Positions 40,087-50,203 of a DNA stretch of 64,000 nucleotides are shown piece by piece. The first letter of the stretch is position 1; the number at the start of each line of letters is the position of its first letter. This DNA comes from an uncultured Acidimicrobiaceae bacterium (GTDB lineage: Bacteria > Actinomycetota > Acidimicrobiia > Acidimicrobiales > RAAP-2). The DNA is taken from positions 1,891,331 to 1,955,330 of the forward strand of contig CAWBDK010000005.1 of NCBI GenBank assembly GCA_963787525.1, written 5' to 3'. Below the pieces are notes generated by a model. The model was given only the letters and a program-made list of their open reading frames with translations, did no database searches and had not been told where the DNA came from. The position numbers and the translations under genes were made by a program.

Positions 40087-40204
40087 ATGGTCTTCCCGGT
40101 TGCGTCACGCGGAGGCGGATCGGCGGCGGTCACACGTTGTATCGTGCTGGTGAGCCGGGACAGTGTGGAAGTGCGAGCGCGGGCTCCCCCGTCCCTCCCT
40201 GTCG

Positions 40205-40985
40205 ATGAAACGAGGCATCGTGGCGCTCACCGACGAAGTCCCTCCTCCGGCACGCCCGGCTGTCCCGGCGGCCCACGCCGTCGACCTCACGCAAGACGTA
40301 CGGCACGGGGCAGGCGACGGTGCACGCCGTGGCCGGCATCGACGTGACGTTCGAGCGCGGCCGCTTCACAGCCGTCATGGGCCCGTCGGGGTCGGGCAAG
40401 TCCACCCTCATGCACTGCATGGCCGGCCTCGATCGGCCGACCTCGGGCGAGACCTACGTCGGCGACGTCGACATCGGGAGCCTCGATGACAAGGGCCTCA
40501 CCCAGATGCGGCGGGACCACATCGGCTTCGTCTTCCAGTCGTTCAACCTCGTCCCCACGCTCACCGCCGCCGAGAACATCACGCTGCCGGCCGACCTGGC
40601 CGGCAAGAAGGTGGACAAGGAGTGGTTCGACTACCTGGTGGCTGCCCTGGGCATCGGGGACCGGCTCTCGCACCGTCCCAACGAGATGTCGGGCGGCCAG
40701 CAGCAGCGCTGCGCCTGCGCCCGGGCGCTCATCAACCGGCCCGACCTCATCTTCGCCGACGAGCCCACTGGCAACCTCGACTCGAACTCCTCGGCGGAGA
40801 TGCTGTCGTTCCTGCGGCGGTCGGTGACCGAGTTCGGCCAGTCCATCGTCATGGTGACCCACGATCCCCACGGCGCGGCCTACGCCGACCGGGTGATCTT
40901 CCTGGCCGACGGCAACGTCGTCGGCGAGCTGGCCGACCCCACGGCGGACTCGGTTCTGGAGCGCATCCGGACGGTCGGTACCTGA
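40205..40985 (+). CDS. ABC transporter ATP-binding protein (MacB/LolD/FtsE-like), frameshift near 40290
   Basis: AVDLT, then KTYGTGQATVHAVAGIDVTFERGRFTAVMGPSGSGKSTLMHCMAGLD...FVFQSFNLVPTLTAAENI...MSGGQQQRCACARAL...IFADEPTGNLD...VMVTHD. Confidence 0.88.
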
Positions 40986-40986
40986 C

Positions 40987-43515
40987 ATGTGGCGGGTCAC
41001 CGTCAAGGGGCTGCTTGGCCCACAAGCTCCGCCTCGCCCTGACGGCGCTGGCCATCGTCCTCGGGGTGACCTTCATCGCGGGGACGTTCGTGCTCACCGA
41101 CACGCTGCACAACACGTTCGACACGCTCTTCGGGAACATCTACCAGAACATCGACTTCCAGGTGCGCGGGGTGGCCCAGTTCGGTAGCGGTGGCACCGCC
41201 ACGCGCAACCCCGTCCCCGAGTCGCTCGTCGCCACGGTGCGGGCCGTTCCGGGCGTGGAGGCCGCCGAGGGCTCGGTCACGGAGACGGCGTGCAGTTCAT
41301 CGCGCCGGACGGCAAGGCCATCTCGAACGGGGGAGCGCCCGGGATCGGCATCTCCTTCGACCCCGATCAGCAGATCTCGGCCCTGCGCATCGTCGCAGGG
41401 CACGCAGCCGACCACCCCGAACGACGTCGTGATGGACCTCGGCACCGCGCAGAAGTACGACTTCAAGGTCGGCCAGCAGGTGCGCATCCTCCTGCCCGGG
41501 CCGACGCGGACGTTCACCATCACCGGCCTCGCCCGTTTCGGGACGGCCGACAACCTGGCGGGAGCCACGCTGGCCGCCTTCGACATACCGACGGCCCAGG
41601 CGCTCCTGGGCGAGGTGGGCCAATTCGACGACATCAACGTCGTCGACCCGACCCGGCGCGGACAAGGCGGCCGTCCAGCGCGACATCGCACGGGCGCTGC
41701 CGCGCGGCGTCGAGGTGGTCACCGGTCAGACCGTCGTCAACGAGGCGACGAGCGCCATCGGCCAGGCGCTCGGCTTCTTCAACACCGCGCTGCTCATCTT
41801 CGGCTTCATCGCGCTCTTCGTCGGCGGCTTCACCATCATGAACACGTTCTCCATCACGGTGGGGCAGCGCACGCGGGAGCTGGCGCTCCTGCGCATCGTC
41901 GGGGCGAGCCGCCGCCAGGTGTTCCGGTCGGTCCTCGCGGAGGCGGCCATCGTCGGGCTGGTGTCGTCGCTGATCGGCCTCGGACTGGGCGTGCTGGCGG
42001 CCCTCGGGCTCGAGGCGCTCCTCAGCGGCTTCGGGGTCTCGCTGCCGTCGGGTCCGATCGTGTTCGAGGCCCGCACCGTCATCGTCTGCCTCGTCGTCGG
42101 TGTCGGCGTGACGCTGGTCTCCGCCATCAGCCCGGCCCGCCGCGCCGTGCGCATCGCCCCGGTGGCGGCGGTCTCCGACCAACCGACCGAGGAGGAGATC
42201 CCGCTGCGCCGCCGGTTCACCCGGGGCGGCATCATCACCCTGATCGGGGTGCTGGCGCTCGCCTTCGGGCTCACCAAGCCGGCCATCGCGCTGGTCGGCC
42301 TGGGCGCGGTGCTGCTCTTCGTCGGCGTGACCATGCTGTCGCCCGCGGTGGCGCGGCCCATGTCGAGCGTCATCGGGCGCCCGCTCGCCCGCCTGCTCGG
42401 CGTCTCGGGCCGGCTGGGACGGGAGAACTCCATGCGCAGCCCACGGCGCACGGCCCAGACGGCGGCAGCGCTGATGGTGGGGCTGGCACTCGTCTCGGCC
42501 ATCGCCGTGTTCGGCGCATCGCTGTCGCGCTCGGCCACCAGCAGCGTCGACAACGCCATCAGTGCCGACCTGATCGTCTCGGCGACGAGCAAGAACGGTC
42601 CCGGGAAGTTCAGCAACACCGTGCCGAAGCTGGCGTCCGCCGTCCCCGGCGTCACCGCCTCCAATACCATCTACAGCGGCCAGTTCGAGGTCCGGCAGTC
42701 ACTCGTGTCGCTGCTGGCCGCCGATACGAACAATCTGTCCCAGACGGTCATTCTGGACATGACGGCGGGGAGCACCCGGGCGGCCGCCGCCGGCGACCTG
42801 CTCATCGATACCACCACGGCCAACTCCGACCACCTCGTCGTCGGCGACACGGTCCCCGTGAAGTTCGCGCTCACGGGCTCCTCCACCATGCGCATCGGAG
42901 GGATCTACCAGACCAACTCCCTGGTCGGGAGCTACTTCGTCAGCGACGCGTTCTACCTGGCCCACTACCGGAACCCGCTTCCCGACGCCGTCCTTCTCAA
43001 GACCGACGGCAGCCCCGGCGTGGGTCCGGCGGTCCAGCACGTGCTGGCGCCCTACCCGAACGTCGAGGTCCAGACCCGCGGCGCAGTTCGAGGCGTCGCA
43101 GGCGGCCAAGGTCAACCAACTGCTCGGCATCGTCTACGCGCTGCTCGCCCTGGCCGTGATCATCGCCCTCATCGGGATCGTGAACACGCTCATGCTGTCG
43201 GTGTTCGAGCGCACCCACGAAATCGGATTGTTACGGGCAGTGGGCATGATCCGACGCCAGATCCGCGCCATGATCCGCTCCGAGTCGGTGATCCTCGCCG
43301 TCTTCGGCGCCGTCATCGGCATCGTCGTCGGGACGGGTCTGGGCATCGCCCTGGTGTGGGCGCTCCGTGCGCAGGGCGTCACGAGCACCGTGGTGCCGTT
43401 CTCGAATCTCGTGATCTTCCTCATCCTGGCCGCCCTGCTCGGCCTGCTGGCCGCCAGCTGGCCGGCGCGGCGCGCCGCCAAGCTCGACGTGCTGGCGGCC
43501 ATCGCCGCCGACTGA
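40987..43515 (+). pseudogene. FtsX/MacB-family ABC permease (~840 aa), five frameshifts as assembled (~41015, ~41285, ~41400, ~41640, ~43080)
   Basis: MWRVTVKGLL, then AHKLRLALTALAIVLGVTFIAGTFVLTD..., then FIAPDGKAISNGGAPGIGISF..., then PNDVVMDLGTAQKYDFKVGQ..., then ADKAAVQRDIARALPRGVEVVTGQ...NTFSITVGQRTRELALLRIVGASRRQV..., then AQFEASQAAKVNQLLGIVYALLALAVIIALIGIVNTLMLSVFERTHEIGLLRAVGM.... Confidence 0.8.
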
Positions 43516-43529
43516 ACCACGCGTCGGCT

Positions 43530-43787
43530 TCAGAGGTTGATCCGCCACCTGACGGTGACCCGTTCGACGGGTCGGTCCGTAAAGAGGGCGATGGTCTTGC
43601 GCAGCGCCGGGTCGAGATCCTCGAGGGTCTCACAGGCCGACATGGCGAAGACGTCGACGAAGAGGACGCCGCCCCAGCCGAGACTGGCGGTGGTCCGCGT
43701 GACGCGGAGGCGGTCGTCGACGCCCGCCACCTCGTCGATGGCGTTACGCACCGATCGCTGCAGCGCGGCGTCGCCCGTCACCGTCAT
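43530..43787 (-). CDS. small hypothetical protein (85 aa)
   Basis: MTVTGDAALQRSVRNAIDEVAGVDDRLRVTRTTASLGWGGVLFVDVFAMSACETLEDLDPALRKTIALFTDRPVERVTVRWRINL. Protein-like composition, no family recognised. Confidence 0.45.
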   Translation of the reverse strand: MTVTGDAALQRSVRNAIDEVAGVDDRLRVTRTTASLGWGGVLFVDVFAMSACETLEDLDPALRKTIALFTDRPVERVTVRWRINL

Positions 43788-44008
43788 GGGCTGGTCACGA
43801 GGCGGATGCGGCACCGGTGCGGCGCGACCGTAGGACGGCGCGGTCGGAAACGCGGACCCGAGCCACTGCCACACGCCTTTCGTTCTATCGGTCAAGGTTT
43901 CATCTCGTCGGGGATGTCGGTGCGCTTTCGTAGAGTTGCGCCTGATTTGGGCAGGGCACGGCTCCGGTCGGGACGAACCCGGCTCCGGTGCTTCGGTACA
44001 GTACCGAT

Positions 44009-44977
44009 ATGGCGACAACGACCGCTGGGGCGTCGAAGCCCGGCGCCTTCCGGCTCCCGGGGTACCCGGTGGCGGTCGGGCCCTTCACCCACGTGGCGGC
44101 GGAGCGGGACCGGCTGGCTTCGCTGCGCTGGCACGCCTTCGACGCCCGCCAGATCGGTGCGACGGTGGGGGCGGAGATCACCGGTGTCGACCTCACTGCC
44201 CCGCTGCCCGACGAGGTCATCGCGGAGCTGCGCCAGGCGTTGCACGACTACAAGGTCATCTTCTTCCGCAACCAGCCGATGACCACCCACCAGCACGTCG
44301 CCTTCGCGCGCCGGTTCGGCGACCTGGAGGTCCATCCCTTCCTGCCGTCGAACACGGGGGAGCCCGAGCTCGTCCGCTTCGAGAAGACGGCGCAGGTCAG
44401 CGGGTACGAGAACTCGTGGCACCACGACGTCACGTGGCGGGAGCGCCCGTCCATGGGCGCCATCCTGCATGCGCTGTCGGTGCCCGACCACGGTGGTGAC
44501 ACGCTCTTCTCCGACATGTACGCCGCCTACGACGCCCTGGACGACACGACCAAGGAGGAGATCGACGGGCTCGATGCGGTGCACGACTTCACGCAGACCT
44601 TCGGGCCCACCATGAGCGCCGAGGAGCGCCGGAAGGCGCAGGAGCAGTACCCTCCGGTCCTCCATCCCGTCGTGTGCACGCACCCCGCCACCGGGAAGGA
44701 GCACCTCTACGTCAACCGTCCGTTCGTCAGCCACATCGACGGGCTCGATCGTGCCGCCAGCCTCGCCCTGCTCGATCGCCTCTGCCGTCAGGCCGATTCC
44801 CCCGAGCACCAGTGCCGGTTCACCTGGACGAAGGATGCGGTCGCGTTCTGGGACAACCGGGCCGTGCAGCACTACGCGTCGAGCGACTACTGGCCCCAGC
44901 GTCGGTCGATGGAGCGGGCGTCCGTCATCGGTTCGCGGCCAACCCGTCGACGGCACCTCGTCGGCGCTGAGGGGTGA
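44009..44977 (+). CDS. TauD/TfdA-family Fe(II)/2-oxoglutarate-dependent dioxygenase
   Basis: Intact: GAEITGVDLTAPLPDEVIAELRQALHDYKVIFFRNQPMT...WHHDVTWRERPSMGAILHALSVPDHGGDTLFSDM (HxD facial triad)...LHPVVCTHPATGKEHLYVN...WDNRAVQHYA. Confidence 0.85.
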   Translation: MATTTAGASKPGAFRLPGYPVAVGPFTHVAAERDRLASLRWHAFDARQIGATVGAEITGVDLTAPLPDEVIAELRQALHDYKVIFFRNQPMTTHQHVAFARRFGDLEVHPFLPSNTGEPELVRFEKTAQVSGYENSWHHDVTWRERPSMGAILHALSVPDHGGDTLFSDMYAAYDALDDTTKEEIDGLDAVHDFTQTFGPTMSAEERRKAQEQYPPVLHPVVCTHPATGKEHLYVNRPFVSHIDGLDRAASLALLDRLCRQADSPEHQCRFTWTKDAVAFWDNRAVQHYASSDYWPQRRSMERASVIGSRPTRRRHLVGAEG

Positions 44978-45083
44978 CTCCACCGTCGCGATGATCCGGA
45001 GGTGTCGCCCGGCGCCGTTGTGGTCCCGCCGACGCCAGCCCCGCATGCACCCTTTCGCATCGGCCTCCTCGTATGCTCGCCCG

Positions 45084-45701
45084 ATGGCCGGAGCGCTGCG
45101 AACGTGGTCGGGCCGGCTGCTGATCCTTTCGGTGTGCGCCGTTGCGCTCGCCGCTTGCTCGAGCAGCCCGTCGTCCCAGTCGACGACCACGACCTCCAGC
45201 GCGGCCTCGACATCGACCACGTCACGCTCGACGACCTCGAGCACCTCCCACACGACGGGCACGCTGGCACCGCAGACGGCGACGGTCACCGAGTTCTACT
45301 CCCCCTCGAAGAACATCAGCTGCGAGATCGACAACAACGTCGGGTCCACTTCCATCACCTCCACCCTCTGCTTGACCATCTCCCCGCCGAAGTCGGTGAC
45401 GTTGAAGACCGACGGCACCCTGACCGAGTGCACCGGGGTCCAGTGCCTCTCGAATGCGGGCGAGAACACGCCCACCCTCGGCTACGGCATGTCGATCACT
45501 CTCGGGCCCTTCACCTGTGCGTCGTCGACGGCGGGCATCAAGTGCACGTTGGCCAACGGGGGCGGGTTCCTCATCTCGAGCTCGGCCGTCACCCCGCTGG
45601 GCGGCGCCACCGTGGCACCGAGTACGGGCGCACCCAGTGCGGGCGCACCGAACTCGGGTACACCGAACTCGGGTACACCGTCCTCGAGCACACCGGGTTA
45701 G
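45084..45701 (+). CDS. secreted lipoprotein of unknown function
   Basis: MAGALRTWSGRLLILSVCAVALAACSSS is a signal peptide with an L-A-A-C lipobox. A Ser/Thr-rich linker, a Cys-containing domain and a GAPSAGAPNSGTPNSGTPSS tail follow. Confidence 0.65.
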   Translation: MAGALRTWSGRLLILSVCAVALAACSSSPSSQSTTTTSSAASTSTTSRSTTSSTSHTTGTLAPQTATVTEFYSPSKNISCEIDNNVGSTSITSTLCLTISPPKSVTLKTDGTLTECTGVQCLSNAGENTPTLGYGMSITLGPFTCASSTAGIKCTLANGGGFLISSSAVTPLGGATVAPSTGAPSAGAPNSGTPNSGTPSSSTPG

Positions 45702-45810
45702 AGCACACCGACCTCGGGCTGAGCGCAACGCGTCTCTGCGGGTTCCTAGCCCCGAAGTCAGAAAGCCGGCAACGGCCCGGCAGGGGACCCGATGATGCGG
45801 ACCACTGGCG

Positions 45811-46781
45811 TCAGGCCAGTGCGCCGGACGCGGCCAACGAGGGGAGGCCAGTTCTGGCGGGTTCGCCATGGAGCGGGCCGGGGCGCGGTTGGGGTAGACG
45901 GCCAGCGCCAGCAGGACGAGCAGCGGCCCCGTGTTGGGGTCGGTGGCGATGCCGGTGAAGGGCTGTCCGAACGCCTCCCCGAACATCCAGTAGTCGAGTG
46001 CGACCGCGGCGCCGGCGACCAGGAAGACGGTCGTGTGGCGCGAGACGAGTGGGCCGAGGCCGATCACGAAGGACAGGACCGCGCAGGCGACGGCGACCGA
46101 GCCGCCGCCGTTCCCGAAGGCGTGGGCGACCGACAGCTGCACGTGCGCCAGCCAGCCCGGCTCGCCGGCGACCGCGCCGCTGATGGCGCCCGAGATGCTC
46201 CCGCCGGCCCGGTTCGCCGGCAGCAGCCACAGGGCGCCCATGCCGCACCACACCGCGGCCCATATGGCTTTGCCGCCCCGTTTTCCCAGCGGCCCTTCGG
46301 AGGCGGCCGCACCCGTCGCGTCCGCCGACCCGGCGCGGGGCCAGACCAGGATGCCGATGAGGGCGTAGAGCAGGGCGCCCCCCGGTGCACCGGTGAGCGG
46401 GGAGGCCATGCCGGTGAAGAGCATGCCGACGCCCTCACCGAGCACCCAGACGCCGAGCGCCCACACGAAGGAGAGGACGAGCGCCGGTCGGACCGTCTCC
46501 CGTATCAGCAGCCCCACCCCGATGAGGATCTGGATGCTGGCGAAGACGCCGTTGGTCAACGCCGGCTGCGCGGCGATCAGGTGCGCCATGTGGGTGATCA
46601 CGCCGGAGAGGAAAACCGGCTGGCCCTGGGCCGAGGGGAGGATCACGCCGCTGGCGAAGTCGGTCCCGAACATCTTCGGTTGCAGCTGCAGGAGCCCGTC
46701 GAGCAACCAGATGATGCCCAGGCCGATCTGGATGGAGCGGGCGGTCACCCGACCGGACCGCGGTGCCCGCTCCGTGTTCAT
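45811..46781 (-). CDS. integral membrane protein of unknown function; 3' end unresolved
   Basis: MNTERAPRSGRVTARSIQIGLGIIWLLDGLLQLQPKMF...7-8 hydrophobic segments...LLVLLALAVYPNR. The ATG overlaps the upstream stop (ATGA at 46778-46781). Confidence 0.6.
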
Positions 46782-47642
46782 TGCTGCCCCTTGATGATCG
46801 GCGCCAGCTCGGCCCGGGTCAGGTCGGGTTGGAACTGATGGGAGGCGGCCAGCGAGGGCTCGGTCCAGACGTGGAGCATGAAGTAGGTGTCGGTGTTGTG
46901 CACCCCCGCGGCAGCACGTGCCGGCGGCACTGGTCTTTCCGACGACCTGGCCTCCGGCGAGGCAGAGGTTGTCGTGGGCGTGCCACTGGGTCAGCGACCC
47001 GCCGACATCAGGCCCCGGCGTGCAGGGCGCCGGTCCGAGGTACATGGCGCCCAGGAGCTCGGGCCCGTTCACCGTGTTGGCGTACATCAAGAACGCGGGG
47101 TTCGACGGATCGAACCCGTCGATCCGGGCGATCGACCAGTTGGCATAGTGGACCATGTACCCGTTCGGGTTGGTGGCCGGCGTGTACCCGGCCGCAGTGG
47201 CGGAAGAGAGGCTCGTGTACTTCGTCAACGTGGCCCTGGTCTGCGCCACCAGCTGGTCGGCCGCCGCCTGCTGGGCCGCGGTCGGGGGCCCCGACGGCAC
47301 CGGCGCCATCACCATCCCGTTCGCCATGGTCGTCGCCCCCTTGACGTTCGAGCAGACCGACGAGGTCGTCTGCGCCGTCCCGGTCGACCCTGTCGACGAC
47401 GACGAATTTGAGCCGGCCATCGACATGCCGGCCATCGACTTCGAGCCGTCGGCCGTGGTCGAGCCACCGCTCTTGGCGGCCGCGGCGTTGGCAGCCGAAT
47501 GTGACGAGGCGTCGGACACCGTCGTGGCGGCCAGGACCAGCACGGCCGCGACGCCGACGGTGGCCAGGCCCACCCACCACAACCTGGCGGCGGTGCCCAT
47601 GGACGACACCCGCTGCGACATCTTCTGCCTGAGACTCGACAT
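46778..47642 (-). CDS. membrane-anchored or exported protein of unknown function, frameshift near 46890 in a G-run
   Basis: The RBS AGGAGGGG precedes the ATG. MSSLRQKMSQRVSSMGTAARLWWVGLATVGVAAVLVLAA is a signal anchor, followed by a Ser-rich linker and ...GYMVHYANWSIARIDGFDPSNPAFLMYANTVNGPELLGAMYLGP...LTQWHAHDNLCLAGG..., then HNTDTYFMLHVWTEPSLAASHQFQPDLTRAELAPIIKGQQ*. Confidence 0.6.
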
Positions 47643-47698
47643 GGCCGACCCCTCCTGACTGTCCACCGTGCAGTCTCGGCTCGAGATGTCACCGCCGG

Positions 47699-50203
47699 GT
47701 GACCCGGGTATTAGGGAAGTGCGAGCCCCGCGGGTTCGTCCCACCACCACTCGGACCGGCGCCGTACAATCGACCGCTTGACCTGGTTCGGAAGCCGGCA
47801 TCGACCAAAGGCGCAACGGTGACGGGGCCGTCAGGCGGGGTCACCGAATCCGTGCCTCCCCGCGCCGGTGAGCAGCGATACGGCGACCAACGCCCGGCCG
47901 GACCGTCGGCCCGGTTCGTCGCCTGGGCCCGCCAGCGCGACCCGGGTCTGCTCGCCATCAAGAAGGCGGCGCGGGCCGCCATCGTCCTGCCGGCCAGCTT
48001 CGCCCTCTCCGAGGCCCTGTTCCACACCGAGCAACTGAGCCTGTTCACTGCCTTCGGTGGCATGGCGCTGCTGCTCTTCGTGGAGTTTCCCGGGCGCCCG
48101 CGGACCCGATGTACCGCCTACCTCGTGCTCGTCGGCGTCGGCGCGGCCTTCGTCGTCGCCGGCACCGTGGCCTCGACGCACAAGGTGGTGGCGGTGGCGT
48201 CCATGGCCGTGGTCGCCTTCGCCGTGCTCTTCGCCGGTGTCGCGGTACCGCAGATCAGCGCGGGGTCGACGTCCGCGCTGTTGGCCTTCGTCCTGTCTGT
48301 CTCCGTTGCCGCACCGACGAGCGAGATCGGGAACCGGCTCGCCGGCTGGGGCATCGCGTGCCTTGCGAGCATTCCGGCCATCTTCTTGCTCTGGCCGCGC
48401 CCATGGCATGACGACCTCCGCCTCCGGTTGGCCTCGACCATCAGGGCGGTGGCCCGGTTGGCCGGGGCGCGGGCGGACACGACGATTCCCGACGACGCGG
48501 TGGTGGCGGCCCGCGACGAGGTGGCCGCGCTCGGCGTCCACTTCGCCACCACGCCCTACCCCCTGGTCGGTGCCGCCGGGCGCGACGCCGCGCTCGCCAC
48601 GTTGGTGGGCCGGGTCGAGTGGGCAGCCGCCAACGCCGGTCTGCGCGCCGGTCCGCGCTCGGACTCCCAGGACCTGGCGACGCTGCACCGCGAGGTGGCG
48701 CGCACCCTCGAACAGTCGGCGGATGTCCTGAGCGACGACGCCGGCCATCCCGTCGAGAACGCGACGACCATGGCCGCTCTGGCCGCGTCAGCCCGCCAGC
48801 TCAATGACTCGATGCGCCAACTCCGCCACGCCGACATCGCGGACATGATCGTGTCCGCCCAGACTCGCGAGGACGCGGGGATCGACCAGGGGCCGGCCGG
48901 AGGCGATGTGAGGCCGGGTGAGGGCATCGACCTGTGCGAGCTCGACCCCATGTTCCACGCCCGGACGCTGGCGATCGCGACCGGGATGGTGGCCGAGGCC
49001 ACGTTGGTCGCCGCGGGCGCCAAACCGGTCGACGAGCTGCCGGGGACCGTCGATTCGGGAGCGCACCGGGTGTGGTCCCGGCTGGCCACGCATCTGAGCC
49101 TGCAGTCGCTGTGGTGCCGCAACGCCCTGCGCGGCGCGGTCGGCCTGGCCATTGCGGTGGGCGTCGTCGAGGCGACCGACGTCAGCCACGGCTTCTGGGT
49201 AGTGCTTGGCACCCTGTCGGTGTTGCGCTCAAACGCATTGGGCACCGGGCTGACCGCGCTGCACGCGGTGGCGGGCACGCTGGTCGGGTTCGTCATGGGG
49301 ACGGCCCTCATGATCGCGGTCGGCGACCACCACGGCGTGTTGTGGGTCCTGCTGCCGCTGGCCGTCTTCGCGGCGGGGGCCGCGCCGTCCCTGGCGTCGT
49401 TCACCGCGGGCCAAACCGGGTTTACCGTGACGGTGATCATCATCTTCAACCTGCTCGTGCTGACCGGGTGGAGGGTGGGCCTGGCCAGGCTCGAGGACGT
49501 GATCATCGGAAGCCTGGTGAGCGTGGTGGTAGGACTGCTCTTCTGGCCCCGCGGCGCCACCGCTGCCCTCGGTAGGGCGCTGGCCGAGGCCTTCGTGGCC
49601 AGCTCGGGCTATCTGGGCGATGCCGTGCGGCGGATCACCACGGCCTCCCACGAGGTCGACACGTCGGCCGGCCAGATGATGGCCAACGCCGCGTTCTTGC
49701 GCCTCGACGACGAGTTCCGCCAGCTGCTCACCGAACGGGGCGCCAAACGTGTGCCCATCGCAACGGTCTCTCACCTGTGTAACGGCTCGAACCGGATCCG
49801 TCTGGCCGCCTACACCCTGGCCAGCCTTCCTCCTGTGGACTTTGACGAGGGGCTCGCCCCGCTGGAGTCCACCGTTGCCGCCGGCGCGCTCCTGCGCGAC
49901 GCAGCGGCCATGAACCACCGCTGGTACGAGCAACTGGGCGAATGCATGGACAGCGCGGACGCGCCGGGACCCCCCGCGCCCGACGAGGATCCAGACGACG
50001 AGACCCTCGTCCTGCAGCGGGGTTTGATGACCGCGTTCGGGGATGCGTTGTCCGCCGGGCGGGCCGACCTGGCCCAGCGGGACCTGCGCATGCTGTGGGC
50101 CGACGAGATCCTCTGCGAGCAGCGGAGCATCCAGACGGAGCTGGCGGCCGAAGCCGGGCACTTCCCCCGGCCACCGCTGCGGGCCACGCGCCGGTCGCTA
50201 TGA
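47699..50203 (+). CDS. FUSC/ArAE-family (fusaric-acid-resistance-like) membrane protein; true start possibly downstream (e.g. GTG 47819)
   Basis: Intact 834-aa frame with two hydrophobic blocks (LSLFTAFGGMALLLFVEFPG... and HGFWVVLGTLSVLRSNALGTGLTALHAVAGTLVGF...) separated by a soluble domain, as in FUSC proteins. Confidence 0.7.
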   Translation: MTRVLGKCEPRGFVPPPLGPAPYNRPLDLVRKPASTKGATVTGPSGGVTESVPPRAGEQRYGDQRPAGPSARFVAWARQRDPGLLAIKKAARAAIVLPASFALSEALFHTEQLSLFTAFGGMALLLFVEFPGRPRTRCTAYLVLVGVGAAFVVAGTVASTHKVVAVASMAVVAFAVLFAGVAVPQISAGSTSALLAFVLSVSVAAPTSEIGNRLAGWGIACLASIPAIFLLWPRPWHDDLRLRLASTIRAVARLAGARADTTIPDDAVVAARDEVAALGVHFATTPYPLVGAAGRDAALATLVGRVEWAAANAGLRAGPRSDSQDLATLHREVARTLEQSADVLSDDAGHPVENATTMAALAASARQLNDSMRQLRHADIADMIVSAQTREDAGIDQGPAGGDVRPGEGIDLCELDPMFHARTLAIATGMVAEATLVAAGAKPVDELPGTVDSGAHRVWSRLATHLSLQSLWCRNALRGAVGLAIAVGVVEATDVSHGFWVVLGTLSVLRSNALGTGLTALHAVAGTLVGFVMGTALMIAVGDHHGVLWVLLPLAVFAAGAAPSLASFTAGQTGFTVTVIIIFNLLVLTGWRVGLARLEDVIIGSLVSVVVGLLFWPRGATAALGRALAEAFVASSGYLGDAVRRITTASHEVDTSAGQMMANAAFLRLDDEFRQLLTERGAKRVPIATVSHLCNGSNRIRLAAYTLASLPPVDFDEGLAPLESTVAAGALLRDAAAMNHRWYEQLGECMDSADAPGPPAPDEDPDDETLVLQRGLMTAFGDALSAGRADLAQRDLRMLWADEILCEQRSIQTELAAEAGHFPRPPLRATRRSL

